A stretch of DNA of 35,897 nt, taken from positions 1-35,897 of the forward strand of contig CAYQSS010000002.1 of the NCBI GenBank assembly GCA_964420305.1, given 5' to 3'. Positions 17,024-26,081 of the stretch are shown piece by piece. The position numbers and the translations under genes were made by a program. Below the pieces are notes generated by a model. That model was given only the letters and a program-made list of their open reading frames with translations. It did no database searches and was not told where the DNA came from. The first letter of the stretch is position 1. Each line of letters opens with the position of its first letter. The DNA is from an uncultured Candidatus Saccharibacteria bacterium. Lineage in GTDB: Bacteria; Patescibacteriota; Minisyncoccia; Minisyncoccales; PWPS01.

Positions 17024-17767
17024 CTAAAGTTTTGTTAGGACAAGTGGTCCGTTCTCGGTTATCGCAATTGTGTGCTCAAAGTGTGCAGAAAGAGAGTTGT
17101 CAGCAGTTTTAATTCCTGTTCCGTTATCAACTGGCTGTATTTCCTTCCCCCCGATAGAGAGCATCGGTTCGATACAAATAACCATCCCTATTTCAAAAGG
17201 AATGCCTTTCCCTCTTTTTCCTTCGTTAAAGACTTGCGGGTCTTCATGTACTTCTCTCCCTATTCCGTGGCCACAAAGGCCTTCGACAATAAAAAATCCG
17301 CTCTTTCTTACGTGACGCTCAATGGTATTCCCAACATCACCAAGGGTATTTCCTATTCTCGTTTTTTTAATTCCTCTTTTTAACGCTTTTTTAGTCTCAC
17401 GAATAAGGCGCATTCCTTCCCCCTCCACTCTACCAATCGGAACTGTTACTGCCATATCAGTATGAAATCCTTGGTAATAAACACCTAAATCAAGAGAAAG
17501 AATATCTCCTTCTTTTAAAACATATTTTGAAGGAGTATCGTGAACAATAACCTCATTTATGCTAGTACAAAGCGCAGCAGGAAACCCTTTATATCCTTTA
17601 AAAGAGGGTTTTCCTTTCGCTTCCTTGATCAATTTTTCTGCTAAATTATTTAAACTTTCCGTAGTTACCCCAGGCAGAGAAGCTTTTTTTAACTCTTCCA
17701 TCGTTTCTGCTAAAATCTTTCCCCCTTCTCTCATTATCTTTATCTCTTCTTTGCTCTTTAAGATCAT
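17024..17767 (-). CDS. map: Methionine aminopeptidase, type I
   Basis: 247 aa pita-bread fold: ...VIVHDTPS..., DLGVYYQGFHTDMA, GHGIG...HE, ICIEPM, FEHT. An ATGA overlap links it to the upstream adk stop. Confidence 0.92.
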   Translation of the reverse strand: MILKSKEEIKIMREGGKILAETMEELKKASLPGVTTESLNNLAEKLIKEAKGKPSFKGYKGFPAALCTSINEVIVHDTPSKYVLKEGDILSLDLGVYYQGFHTDMAVTVPIGRVEGEGMRLIRETKKALKRGIKKTRIGNTLGDVGNTIERHVRKSGFFIVEGLCGHGIGREVHEDPQVFNEGKRGKGIPFEIGMVICIEPMLSIGGKEIQPVDNGTGIKTADNSLSAHFEHTIAITENGPLVLTKL

Positions 17768-18330
17768 ATAAGTTCTTTTATCTCCCTTTCTATCTCCTTG
17801 AAAACATCCTCTACTTTTTGCTCTCCATTAATCTCAATTAAGTCATCTTTAGAGGAATAATATTCTACAACCGGTAAAACCTCTTTTTTAAACCACTCTA
17901 GTCTTTCTTCTATTTCTTCTTCCCTATCATCCTCTCGCCCTCTTTTTTTGAGCCTCAGAAGAGATTCTTCTTCACTAATTTTAATATAGATTACTTTCGG
18001 GGAAGAAACTCCAAGCATTAAAAAAAGCTCTTCGAGCATTTTTGCTTCGTAGAGCTTTCGAGGATTTCCATCAAAAATTATTCCTTTTTCTTCTTGGTTA
18101 TAAAAATCTAAAATGCGCGGCATCCATAAAGAGAAAACCACTGGTGTGGGGATAAGTCCACCTTTTTTCAAGATTTCATTAATCTTTCTTCCGATAAGAT
18201 CACTGTCTTTTGCTTTTTCACGTAAAAGCTCTCCGGTGTTTATAACCGAAAAATTTGTTTTTTCAGTTAAAAACTTTAGTTGTGTTCCTTTTCCACATCC
18301 GGGACGACCAATAAGAAAAATAACTTTCAT
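17764..18330 (-). CDS. adk: Adenylate kinase family, short (LID-less) type
   Basis: The ORF-track start at 18342 is TTG. ATG 18330 (MKVIFLIGRPGCGKGTQ) lies 1 nt after the upstream stop. It has a P-loop, the NMP-binding motif INTGELLRE, FDGNPR, and a short LID (KKRGREDDREEEIEERL). Confidence 0.8.
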   Translation of the reverse strand: MKVIFLIGRPGCGKGTQLKFLTEKTNFSVINTGELLREKAKDSDLIGRKINEILKKGGLIPTPVVFSLWMPRILDFYNQEEKGIIFDGNPRKLYEAKMLEELFLMLGVSSPKVIYIKISEEESLLRLKKRGREDDREEEIEERLEWFKKEVLPVVEYYSSKDDLIEINGEQKVEDVFKEIEREIKELI

Positions 18331-18331
18331 A

Positions 18332-19036
18332 TTATAATCCAAAATCTTCTATTTCTTTTAACACCCTAAAAAATACATCACTAATCGATCCCATGCCATC
18401 AATCTTGGCAATTCTTACTCCTTCCTCTTCCATGTATCTAAGCGCAGGAAGAGTGTTTTCTTCAAATTTTTCCAGTCTGATTTTAATCGTTTCTAAATCA
18501 TCCATCACTCTTTTTTCGAGGGAGGAGCCATCCACCGGGCAAATAGTTAAATTTTTAGTTTCTTCGTTATCTAAAATAGAGTGGCGCATCAAAGAACAAA
18601 CTCTTCTTCCACTATTCCTTTTTAGCGATTCTTCTTTGCTAATATCAAGAAAAATTACTAGAATTCCTTCTTTCCCGTAAGAGGAGAGCAAAAAGGGAAA
18701 AGCTAAAGCACCTTGCTCTTTTGTTCTTGGATAGCCATCAAGAAGAATAGGGTCACTATCGTCTTTTAATTTTAGGATGTTTTCTTGAACCACGTGGGCA
18801 ACAAAAACATCTTCGCAAAGCAATCCTTCCCTCCATCTTCTTTCTTGTTCTTTTAAGAGATATTCTTCATCCCCAATCTTTATGCTTTCATTTTCCTTTG
18901 CGTTTAAAAATCTTTTTTCTAGGAGCTTACTTACTTCCAAGTGAATCATTCTTTTTTTGTCAGCAAGAAGAAGCGCCTGGGAACCTTTCCCAGATCCTGG
19001 AGGGCCAATGAGAATAACTAATTTGTTTTTTTTCAT
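18332..19036 (-). CDS. adk: Adenylate kinase family, long type with divergent NMP-binding segment
   Basis: 234 aa with P-loop GPPGSGKGS and LLDGYPRT. The LID insert is GRRVCSLMRHSILDNEETKNLTICPVDGSSLEKRVMDD (only 2 Cys). The usual STGD-LLR motif reads EVSKLLEK. It sits in the canonical position directly after secY. Confidence 0.75.
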   Translation of the reverse strand: MKKNKLVILIGPPGSGKGSQALLLADKKRMIHLEVSKLLEKRFLNAKENESIKIGDEEYLLKEQERRWREGLLCEDVFVAHVVQENILKLKDDSDPILLDGYPRTKEQGALAFPFLLSSYGKEGILVIFLDISKEESLKRNSGRRVCSLMRHSILDNEETKNLTICPVDGSSLEKRVMDDLETIKIRLEKFEENTLPALRYMEEEGVRIAKIDGMGSISDVFFRVLKEIEDFGL

Positions 19037-19043
19037 AACAAAA

Positions 19044-20324
19044 TTAAATTGTTTCGTATTCTCTCATCTGTAGTTGTGCATTTATCTGTCTTATTGTCTC
19101 TAAAACTACACTAACAATAATGATTAGAGACGCTCCTCCGATAAGAAATCCAAATGCTTCAACGTTTGTGAAAGCAGAAATTGCCATCGGTAAAACAGCT
19201 ACCGTTGCTAAAAACACTGCTCCTAAAAGAAGTACTCTGTTTAGAATATAGCTAATATAGTTTGCGGTTGGCTTGCCAGGCCTTATCCCTGGAACAAAAC
19301 CACCCATCTTCTGCAAATTTTCAGAAACATTTTTTGGATCAAAGGTTACTGCGGTATAAAAGTAAGTAAAAAGACAAACTAAGATAAAAACAATTCCTCC
19401 GTAAACCCAAGTTATCTGCAAAATATCAGTAATTTTTTGTGCTGCAACTCCTAAAAACCCATCTACCCCGGTTAAAAATCCGAAAAGCATCGTTGGTAGA
19501 ACAACCATTGACATTGCAAAAATAATTGGAATAACCCCTGCTGGATTCAAGCTAAGTGGCAAGTAGGTTGAAGCTCCTCCGTACATCTTCCTTCCTCTCA
19601 CCCGCCTTGCGTAGGAAACAGGGATATTTCTCCTCGCTTCATTTACATGAACCACAGATGCAATAATCGGTAATCCGATAATAAAGAAAAGAATGTACAT
19701 CGGAATCATGTCGGGATTAAACATAATATCACGCACCATCTGTCCAATATTTGCCGGAAGTGAAGAAATAATACCCGCAAAAATCAAAAGTGAAACACCG
19801 TTCCCTATTCCTCTTTCGGTGATAAGTTCCCCGATCCACATTAATAAGACTGTACCTCCCGCAATAACGGTTAAGATGTTTACCATTTCTAAAAATCCTA
19901 AAGGAGGTAAAACTCCTTGATTTTGAAAAAGAGAAAGCATCCCATACCCTTGTACAAGAGCAAAAGGAATTGTCATCAATCTTCCGTACTGATTTACTTT
20001 TTGTCTCCCCGCATCTCCTTCCTCGCGGTACATCTTTTGCAGTTTTGGCCAAACTAAAGTAAGAAGTTGTATCACAATAACCGAAGTGATATAGGGTCCA
20101 AGACCAAGCATCACAATCGAGAACTGATCTAAGGTTCCTCCAATTAAAAGGTCAGCAAACTGAAACATCTGAAAACGAGCAAAAAGTTCTTGCATTCTCT
20201 CTGCGTCAAATCCTGGCATCGGAATGTTTGCCATCAAGCGAAATACAGCAAAAGCACCAAGAACAAACAAAACTTTGTTTCTTAACTCTGGTACTTGAAA
20301 TATCTTGAAAACTTTGTCAAACAT
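19044..20324 (-). CDS. secY: Preprotein translocase subunit SecY
   Basis: 426 aa, a polytopic membrane protein with SecY-type segments (...LGLGPYITSVIVIQLL..., ...GNGVSLLIFAGII...). It sits in the canonical position after rplO. Confidence 0.92.
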   Translation of the reverse strand: MFDKVFKIFQVPELRNKVLFVLGAFAVFRLMANIPMPGFDAERMQELFARFQMFQFADLLIGGTLDQFSIVMLGLGPYITSVIVIQLLTLVWPKLQKMYREEGDAGRQKVNQYGRLMTIPFALVQGYGMLSLFQNQGVLPPLGFLEMVNILTVIAGGTVLLMWIGELITERGIGNGVSLLIFAGIISSLPANIGQMVRDIMFNPDMIPMYILFFIIGLPIIASVVHVNEARRNIPVSYARRVRGRKMYGGASTYLPLSLNPAGVIPIIFAMSMVVLPTMLFGFLTGVDGFLGVAAQKITDILQITWVYGGIVFILVCLFTYFYTAVTFDPKNVSENLQKMGGFVPGIRPGKPTANYISYILNRVLLLGAVFLATVAVLPMAISAFTNVEAFGFLIGGASLIIIVSVVLETIRQINAQLQMREYETI

Positions 20325-20327
20325 ATT

Positions 20328-20849
20328 TTATTTCTTCTTTTTAGTAGCTTTCTTCTTTTTTGGCTCTTCCTTTACTTCTTTTTTCTCTACTTTTTTTGGT
20401 TTCTCTTTTTTAACCAGAACTTTCTTTTCCATTATCTTTCCTCCAGCTTTTTCGATAATTTCTCTCGCACTTTTTGAAACCATACAACCCTTAAGATGAA
20501 ATTTCTTCTCGGTCTTTCCCATACCAAGAATCTTAATCTCAGGCTTCTTTCCTTTTCTAACAAGCCCCTTGATAGAGAGTGTTTTCGGTTCAATAGTTGC
20601 TCCATCATCAAAAACCTTGTCTAAAACTGATATATTAATTGCCAAAACATTACTATTTGGAGAAAAGTTGTGTCCACGAAGTTTTGGATAACGCTTTAAA
20701 AGATCTCTTACTATTGGCCTCATCTTAGCTCCAGCACGAGATTTTTGTCCCTTAATTCCTTTTCCAGAATACGTACCTCTCTTTCCGCCTCTTCCGATAC
20801 GTTTTTTCTGCTTAATCTTTGTTTTTGGTTTTACTTCGTGAATTTGCAT
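20328..20849 (-). CDS. rplO: 50S ribosomal protein L15 (uL15) with Lys-rich C-terminal extension
   Basis: 173 aa. The N-terminus ...KRIGRGGKRGTYSGKGIKGQKSR.G... is typical of uL15. The ~35-aa tail is KKEKPKKVEKKEVKEEPKKKKATKKKK. Its ATG lies 1 nt after the rpsE stop. Confidence 0.9.
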   Translation of the reverse strand: MQIHEVKPKTKIKQKKRIGRGGKRGTYSGKGIKGQKSRAGAKMRPIVRDLLKRYPKLRGHNFSPNSNVLAINISVLDKVFDDGATIEPKTLSIKGLVRKGKKPEIKILGMGKTEKKFHLKGCMVSKSAREIIEKAGGKIMEKKVLVKKEKPKKVEKKEVKEEPKKKKATKKKK

Positions 20850-20850
20850 A

Positions 20851-21342
20851 CTATTTTTCAGTATTATTTTTCTCTGTCTTTTTTTGTGGTGCTGACTTTA
20901 AGCTTTGCAGTGCTTTTATCGTGGCTTTTGCGTTATTTAACTTGTTTCTCGTATTTCCTAAAATCTTTCCAGAAATATTTTCAATTCCCGCAAGATAACA
21001 AATTGTTCTTACTGTCCCTCCAGCGACAAGCCCTCTTCCCTCAGATTGAGGTTTTAAAAGAATCACTGCTGCTCCAAACTTTGCCTTAACTTCGTGTGGA
21101 ATAGTCCCTCTTTCGTTAATATCAACTTTTACAATAGATTTTTGAGCCTTTTTAGTCGCTTTTTCAATCGCTTGCTGAACATCTTGTCCTTTCGCTGAAC
21201 CAACACCAACTCTCCCTTTCTTGTCTCCAATAACAATTAGTGTCCGAAAACGGAGTCTTCTTCCTCCAGCAGTCATTCTCTCTACTCTGCTGATATCAAG
21301 AACCTCATTTTCAAATTCTTTTTTGATTTCGCTTTTTTTCAT
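20851..21342 (-). CDS. rpsE: 30S ribosomal protein S5 (uS5)
   Basis: 163 aa: ...ISRVERMTAGGRRLRFRTLIVIGDKKGRVGVGSAKG... Confidence 0.92.
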   Translation of the reverse strand: MKKSEIKKEFENEVLDISRVERMTAGGRRLRFRTLIVIGDKKGRVGVGSAKGQDVQQAIEKATKKAQKSIVKVDINERGTIPHEVKAKFGAAVILLKPQSEGRGLVAGGTVRTICYLAGIENISGKILGNTRNKLNNAKATIKALQSLKSAPQKKTEKNNTEK

Positions 21343-21353
21343 AAAACTTGAAA

Positions 21354-21695
21354 TTAAAATTGCAGTCCACCCTTACGAGCTCCTTCAGCAACCGCCTTTA
21401 CCCTTCCGTGATAAAGATATCCTTTGCGGTCAAAAACAACCTTTTTTATTTTCTTTTCTTCTGCTTTTTTAGCAATTCTTTCTCCAACTGCAAAAGCTTT
21501 TTCTGTTTTTTTCTTTTTATCCTTGTCCTTACAATCACTTTCAGCTAAAAGCGTTTTCCCGGTCGTATCATCAATAATCTGAGCATAAACATGGCTTAAG
21601 GAACGAAAAACTTGCAGACGCGGTTTTTCCGGCGTTCCGACAACACGGGATCTTATTTTCCTTTGCCTTCTCTTTAATTTTTCTTTTTTTTCCAT
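21354..21695 (-). CDS. rplR: 50S ribosomal protein L18 (uL18)
   Basis: 113 aa: ...[23 protein letters not shown]...FDR.GY.YHGRVKA.AEGAR.GGL.F. Confidence 0.92.
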   Translation of the reverse strand: MEKKEKLKRRQRKIRSRVVGTPEKPRLQVFRSLSHVYAQIIDDTTGKTLLAESDCKDKDKKKKTEKAFAVGERIAKKAEEKKIKKVVFDRKGYLYHGRVKAVAEGARKGGLQF

Positions 21696-21702
21696 GATAT
21701 TA

Positions 21703-22242
21703 TTATTTTCCTACACTCTTTTTACCTTCTTTAAGAACAACCACTTCATCCTTATATCTAATCCCTTTTCCTTTATAAGGTTCGGGAGGTCTGATACTTC
21801 TAATCTCTGCTGCTACTTTTCCAACAAGTTCTTTCTCAATTCCAGAAACAGTAATAATGTCCTTATTTATCTCAAAGGTAATCCCCTCAACTTTGTCAAC
21901 TACAACCGGATGAGAAAATCCTACTTTCATTGTCATTCCTTCTCCTTGCTTTTCTGCGCGATATCCAACCCCCTTTATCTGTAGTTCTTTTTGATAACCT
22001 TTACTCACTCCTTCAACAATATTAAAGATAAGTGATCTTGTTGTTCCCCAAAAAGCCCTACTAGTTTTTGTTTTTTTCTTTTCCAAAACAATAATCTCTT
22101 CTCCTTCTTTCTGAACATCAATCACGCTAGGAATATCTAAAGAAAGCTCTCCTTTCGGTCCTTTAGCAGTAATCTTGAGATCTTCTATCTTTATCTCAAC
22201 CCCTGCTGGTATTTTAATTGGTTTTTTTCCTACTCTTGACAT
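21703..22242 (-). CDS. rplF: 50S ribosomal protein L6 (uL6)
   Basis: The ORF-track start at 22254 is TTG. ATG 22242 gives the canonical [12 protein letters not shown] start. It has the two-domain uL6 pattern (...GYRAEKQG... [14 protein letters not shown]). Confidence 0.92.
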   Translation of the reverse strand: MSRVGKKPIKIPAGVEIKIEDLKITAKGPKGELSLDIPSVIDVQKEGEEIIVLEKKKTKTSRAFWGTTRSLIFNIVEGVSKGYQKELQIKGVGYRAEKQGEGMTMKVGFSHPVVVDKVEGITFEINKDIITVSGIEKELVGKVAAEIRSIRPPEPYKGKGIRYKDEVVVLKEGKKSVGK

Positions 22243-22247
22243 AATTT

Positions 22248-22643
22248 TTACCAAATTTCACAAATTACTTCTCCTCCGAGACTCATTTCCCGCGCCTTTT
22301 TATTACTCATAACCCCTTTTGGCGTAGAAATAACTGACATCCCTCTTCCTCCTTTAACTTTTCTTAAATCTTTGCTCCTTTCGTATATTCTCTGTCCAGG
22401 GGAAGAAACTCTTTTTAAATCATTAATTCTTGGTGTTCCATCTTCTTCGTATTTCAAAACAACACAGAAGAATTTTCTTTTTTCTTTTTTCTTTTTTACC
22501 ACCTTTCCGATAAATCCTCCTCTTTCTAAACACTCTGCTATTTCATATTTTAAATTAGAAAAGGGAATATCAACTGTTTCCTTGCTTACAGCTTGTGCTG
22601 TTTTTATTCTGTTTAGCATGTCTGCTATTGGATCTGTATTCAT
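22248..22643 (-). CDS. rpsH: 30S ribosomal protein S8 (uS8)
   Basis: The ORF-track start at 22655 is TTG. ATG 22643 gives MNTDPIADMLNRIKTA, the canonical uS8 N-terminus. Confidence 0.92.
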   Translation of the reverse strand: MNTDPIADMLNRIKTAQAVSKETVDIPFSNLKYEIAECLERGGFIGKVVKKKKEKRKFFCVVLKYEEDGTPRINDLKRVSSPGQRIYERSKDLRKVKGGRGMSVISTPKGVMSNKKAREMSLGGEVICEIW

Positions 22644-22648
22644 ATTTT

Positions 22649-22834
22649 TTACCAACTTGATTTTCTAATTCCTGGAATCTCGCCTTTATTCGCCATTTCT
22701 CTAAAACAAATTCTACAAAGCTCAAACTTTCTTAAAACTCCTTTTTCTCTTCCACACTTAAAACACCTTCTAACGTTTCTTGTAGAAAACTTTGGAGTTA
22801 ATTTTGATTTTTCTATTTTTGCTTTTCTGGCCAT
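22649..22834 (-). CDS. rpsN: 30S ribosomal protein S14, zinc-binding type Z (uS14)
   Basis: ATG 22834 gives a 61-aa protein [11 protein letters not shown]...CFKCGR...CRICFRE...GIRKSSW with a CxxC...CxxC motif. The 7-codon upstream extension in the ORF track overlaps rplE. Confidence 0.9.
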   Translation of the reverse strand: MARKAKIEKSKLTPKFSTRNVRRCFKCGREKGVLRKFELCRICFREMANKGEIPGIRKSSW

Positions 22835-22838
22835 ATTT

Positions 22839-23405
22839 TTACTTTTTTCCTTCAAAAGAAAGCGGCATGCCGATCTTTTTTAAAAGCTCAATGCTCGCAT
22901 TCTTATCTTTTGTTGATGTTACAATAGTTATCTCCATTCCGAAAAAGAAATCAGTGTCATCGGCAGATATTTCTGGAAAAACCAACTGCTCTTCAAGACC
23001 GATGGTTAGGTTCCCCGTTTTATCAACAGAAGAAACCTTTATTCCTTGGAAATCTCTAATTCTCGGTAAAACTATGTGAATAAGTCTTTCTAGAAAATCA
23101 TACATTCTTTCTCCTCTTAAGGTAACCTTTAATCCTATCGGCATCTTTTCACGCAAACTAAACCCAGAAACGGACTTCTTCGCAGCACAAATCTGTGGCT
23201 TTTGTCCGCTAATTGTCTTTAAGTCATCGGAAACTTTCTTTAACACTTCGTCTTTTCTTTTGGTATCCTTGGTTGTAAATTTACCCACTCCAACATTAAT
23301 CACCACCTTGCTTACTTTAGGGCATTCTAAGACGTTCTTTAAGCCAAGCTCTTTTCTAAGTGCTGGTAAAATCTCTTTTTTGTATTTTTCTCTAAGGATA
23401 GCCAT
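22839..23405 (-). CDS. rplE: 50S ribosomal protein L5 (uL5)
   Basis: 188 aa: ...[18 protein letters not shown]..., ...[28 protein letters not shown]...PRIRDF.G... Confidence 0.92.
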   Translation of the reverse strand: MAILREKYKKEILPALRKELGLKNVLECPKVSKVVINVGVGKFTTKDTKRKDEVLKKVSDDLKTISGQKPQICAAKKSVSGFSLREKMPIGLKVTLRGERMYDFLERLIHIVLPRIRDFQGIKVSSVDKTGNLTIGLEEQLVFPEISADDTDFFFGMEITIVTSTKDKNASIELLKKIGMPLSFEGKK

Positions 23406-23716
23406 TATATCTTTTGATTACATTTTTTACAAACTCTTCCTTCTTTTTCTTTTCCAATTCTGGTGCTTTTACTACACTTCGGACAGATAAGCATTACATT
23501 AGAAACATTAATCGGTGCAGGAAATTCAACGATCTGACCAACTTTCTTGTCTTTCTGTTGATGTTTCTGTTTTTCTGGAGAAACGTGCTTTTTTAAAAGA
23601 TTTACTCCTTCAACAGAAACTCTCTCTTCTTTTGGAAAAGATTGTAAAACCTTACCCTTTTTCCCACGGTCTTTTCCAGTAATTATTAAAACTGTATCTC
23701 CTTTTTTTATTTTCAT
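23405..23716 (-). CDS. rplX: 50S ribosomal protein L24 (uL24) with C-terminal CxxC...CxxC
   Basis: 103 aa with KOW motif [19 protein letters not shown] and C-terminal [22 protein letters not shown]. Confidence 0.9.
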   Translation of the reverse strand: MKIKKGDTVLIITGKDRGKKGKVLQSFPKEERVSVEGVNLLKKHVSPEKQKHQQKDKKVGQIVEFPAPINVSNVMLICPKCSKSTRIGKEKEGRVCKKCNQKI

Positions 23717-24084
23717 ACAACTTCTTTTGCCATTGTTGTTATTTCTTTAAATCCTTTTTCCGCTAGTTCACGAGGAACAGGGCCAAAGATTCTTCCACCT
23801 TTTGGTTTCTTTGTTTTTCCATCCAGCACTACTGCTGCATTTTCATCAAAACGAATATATGTTCCGTCCTTCCGGCGATAGTTATACTTTTGGCGAACAA
23901 TGACCGCCCTAACAACATCATGCTTTTTCACTGCCTTACGTGGTTCTGCTTTTTTTACCGCAGCAACGATAATATCTCCTATTCTTGCATAACGTTTTCT
24001 TGTTCCACCAAGAACACGAAAGCACTTTATCTCTTTCGCTCCAGCGTTATCTGCTATTTTTAAAATGGTTTCTGTCTGAATCAT
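23713..24084 (-). CDS. rplN: 50S ribosomal protein L14 (uL14)
   Basis: The ORF-track start at 24102 is TTG. ATG 24084 gives the canonical [18 protein letters not shown] start and avoids overlap with rpsQ. Confidence 0.92.
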   Translation of the reverse strand: MIQTETILKIADNAGAKEIKCFRVLGGTRKRYARIGDIIVAAVKKAEPRKAVKKHDVVRAVIVRQKYNYRRKDGTYIRFDENAAVVLDGKTKKPKGGRIFGPVPRELAEKGFKEITTMAKEVV

Positions 24085-24088
24085 TTTT

Positions 24089-24319
24089 TTATACTTTACC
24101 AATTACTCTCCACTTTTTGTCTTTGGAAATCGGTCTTGTTTCTTCGATAATAACAACATCTCCAATCTTACACTCTTTTTTTTCATCATGCGCTTTGTAC
24201 TTTTTGTGTACTTTAAACCTCTTTTTGTAGCGCGGATGCTCTTTGACTCTTTCAACCTCAACAACAACGGTCTTGTCCATCTTATCTGAAATCACTTTTC
24301 CTTGTAATTTATTGATCAT
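24089..24319 (-). CDS. rpsQ: 30S ribosomal protein S17 (uS17)
   Basis: 76 aa: ...[30 protein letters not shown]....K.KAHDE... Confidence 0.92.
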   Translation of the reverse strand: MINKLQGKVISDKMDKTVVVEVERVKEHPRYKKRFKVHKKYKAHDEKKECKIGDVVIIEETRPISKDKKWRVIGKV

Positions 24320-24506
24320 CTTCTTTTTTCTCTTTTAAAATTGTTTTTATTTTCGCAATATCTTTACGTAAATTTGCTGCTTCTTTTGTATTTTTTGACT
24401 TGGTATTTGCTCCAACAAAACGAACATCGTGCAGTTTCTTTTTCTTTTCTGCAAGTAACTTCAGGTTCTCTTCAATATTCTTTTTTCTGATCTCTTTCGT
24501 TTTCAT
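24309..24506 (-). CDS. rpmC: 50S ribosomal protein L29 (uL29)
   Basis: ATG 24506 ([14 protein letters not shown]...) lies 4 nt after the rplP stop. It is ~65 aa, helical and Lys-rich, in the canonical position between rplP and rpsQ. Confidence 0.85.
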   Translation of the reverse strand: MKTKEIRKKNIEENLKLLAEKKKKLHDVRFVGANTKSKNTKEAANLRKDIAKIKTILKEKKEDDQ

Positions 24507-24510
24507 AAAC

Positions 24511-24915
24511 CTACTTTTTAACAAACTTTGTTTTCATTGGTAATTTATCTCCTGCTTTTCTTAATGCTTCCTTGGCCTTATCCTCGGGAATTCCATCAAT
24601 TTCAAAAACTACTCTTCCTTCTTTGACTGGAGTAGCGTAATGATCAACGCTTCCCTTTCCACCACCCATTGGAACCTCTTGTCCTTTTCTAGTAATTGGT
24701 TTATCTGGAAAAATTCTTATCCACATCTTTCCTCCTTTCCTTAAGTAACGAATAATTGCCCTTCTTGAAGCTTCAATCTGCCTTGAAGTTATATATCCTT
24801 TTGCTTCTACTCTTAGTCCATAACTTCCAAAACTAATAAAAGATCCCTTTTGAGCAACTCCTTTTATTCTTCCCTTGCAGTGTTTTCGATGTTTTACTTT
24901 TTTTGGAAACAGCAT
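24511..24915 (-). CDS. rplP: 50S ribosomal protein L16 (uL16)
   Basis: 134 aa: MLFPKKVKHRK..KGR..G...G..ISFGSYGL......ITSRQIEA.RRAI.R...KGGKMWIRIFPDKPIT.K. Confidence 0.92.
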   Translation of the reverse strand: MLFPKKVKHRKHCKGRIKGVAQKGSFISFGSYGLRVEAKGYITSRQIEASRRAIIRYLRKGGKMWIRIFPDKPITRKGQEVPMGGGKGSVDHYATPVKEGRVVFEIDGIPEDKAKEALRKAGDKLPMKTKFVKK

Positions 24916-24918
24916 AAT

Positions 24919-25566
24919 TTAAAAATTCTCTCCTTTGTAAATAAAAACCTTAATCCCTATTGCACCGTATGAACATCTCGCCATCTCAAATCCGTAATCA
25001 ATATTTCCTCTAATTGTTGCTCTCTTTAGCTGCCCCTCTTGGAAGTACTCACTACGTGCAATCTCAATTCCATTCAATCTTCCACTAACTTGTATTCTTA
25101 CTCCTTTAACTTCTTTGTGCATTGATATCTTGTGCAGAGCTTGCTTAACCACCTTTCGGTAAGGAAGTCTTCTTTCAAGTTGTCTGGCAATGTCTTGCGC
25201 TACAAGTGATGCGGAAAGCCAAGGATCTTTAACCTCTTTAATCTCTAAACGAACTTTTTTACCTTCATCCTTTGAAATAGCTTTTAGTCTCTTTTCTAGC
25301 TTTTCATTTAATATTTTTACTCCCTCTCCTCCTCTTCCGATAATAAGACCAGGACGAGAACTAAAGATATTAACTCCAATCTCTTCTACGGAACGTTCTA
25401 TTTCAATTTTTTCAACACTCATTTCACGTAAAATTTTCCTTAAGAGTGTCCTTATCTCGTAATCTTCTCTCAAAAACTTAGCAAAATCCTTCTCATAGAA
25501 TCCTTTCGATCCCCAGTCTTTTGTTTCTGATACTCGATATACTTTTGGATGAATCTTATGTGTCAT
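24919..25566 (-). CDS. rpsC: 30S ribosomal protein S3 (uS3)
   Basis: 215 aa with a KH domain (RPGLIIGRGGEGVKIL) and a C-terminal domain (GVRIQVSGRLNG.EIAR.E....G..). Confidence 0.92.
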   Translation of the reverse strand: MTHKIHPKVYRVSETKDWGSKGFYEKDFAKFLREDYEIRTLLRKILREMSVEKIEIERSVEEIGVNIFSSRPGLIIGRGGEGVKILNEKLEKRLKAISKDEGKKVRLEIKEVKDPWLSASLVAQDIARQLERRLPYRKVVKQALHKISMHKEVKGVRIQVSGRLNGIEIARSEYFQEGQLKRATIRGNIDYGFEMARCSYGAIGIKVFIYKGENF

Positions 25567-26078
25567 TATATTGATTTTCTTCTAAATATTTGTTTTTTAT
25601 CTCCTCTTATTTCTTTTGTTTTTTCTTTTCCTTGTCCCTCATCTTTGTGAGTTGTTTTCTGGCGAGTAACCTCTTCTTTCGGCTTTTCTGCTTGATAAAC
25701 TTTTTCAATCTTTGTTTTTTTCTTTTTCACTTCTATCTCTTTCCCTCCTTTCTCTCCCACTGTAATTGTAATATGTGAAGTTCTCTTTTGAATCGGAAAA
25801 GCAACTCCTCTTGCTCTTGGTCTGTATCTTTTAATAATTGGTCCTCCGTCCACCTTTATTTCTAAAATGTGAAGGTTTGTTTTCTTTAAATTAAAATTAT
25901 GTTCCGCATTAGCAACAGCTGATTTTAGAACCTTTAAAATCGGTTCAGCAGATTTTTTCACTGTAAACTGTAAAATCTTTTCTGCTTCATCAACCTGAAG
26001 ACCACGAATAAGATCGGCAACAAGGCGAACCTTTCTCGGTGAAATTCTTGAATATCTTAATTTTGCTTCAACAGACAT
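25566..26078 (-). CDS. rplV: 50S ribosomal protein L22 (uL22) with ~55-aa Lys/Glu-rich C-terminal extension
   Basis: 170 aa. The uL22 core is ...RISPRKVRLVADLIRG..V.EA..IL.F...KSA..I.KVL.SA.ANAE.N... The tail is EKGGKEIEVKKKKTKIEKVYQAEKPKEE... Confidence 0.9.
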   Translation of the reverse strand: MSVEAKLRYSRISPRKVRLVADLIRGLQVDEAEKILQFTVKKSAEPILKVLKSAVANAEHNFNLKKTNLHILEIKVDGGPIIKRYRPRARGVAFPIQKRTSHITITVGEKGGKEIEVKKKKTKIEKVYQAEKPKEEVTRQKTTHKDEGQGKEKTKEIRGDKKQIFRRKSI

Positions 26079-26081
26079 ATT

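Noticed and set aside
5992-24524. N-terminal extensions in the ORF track for nine genes (starts at 6006, 15296, 15966, 18342, 22254, 22655, 22855, 24102, 24524)
   Set aside because: Seven of the nine extended starts are TTG or GTG when read from the sequence; I did not check the start codons at 22855 (rpsN) and 24524 (rpmC). The next ATG reproduces the canonical N-terminus (MSRVGKKP for L6, MNTDPIAD for S8, MIQTE for L14, MARKAK for S14 and so on) and removes overlap with the preceding gene.
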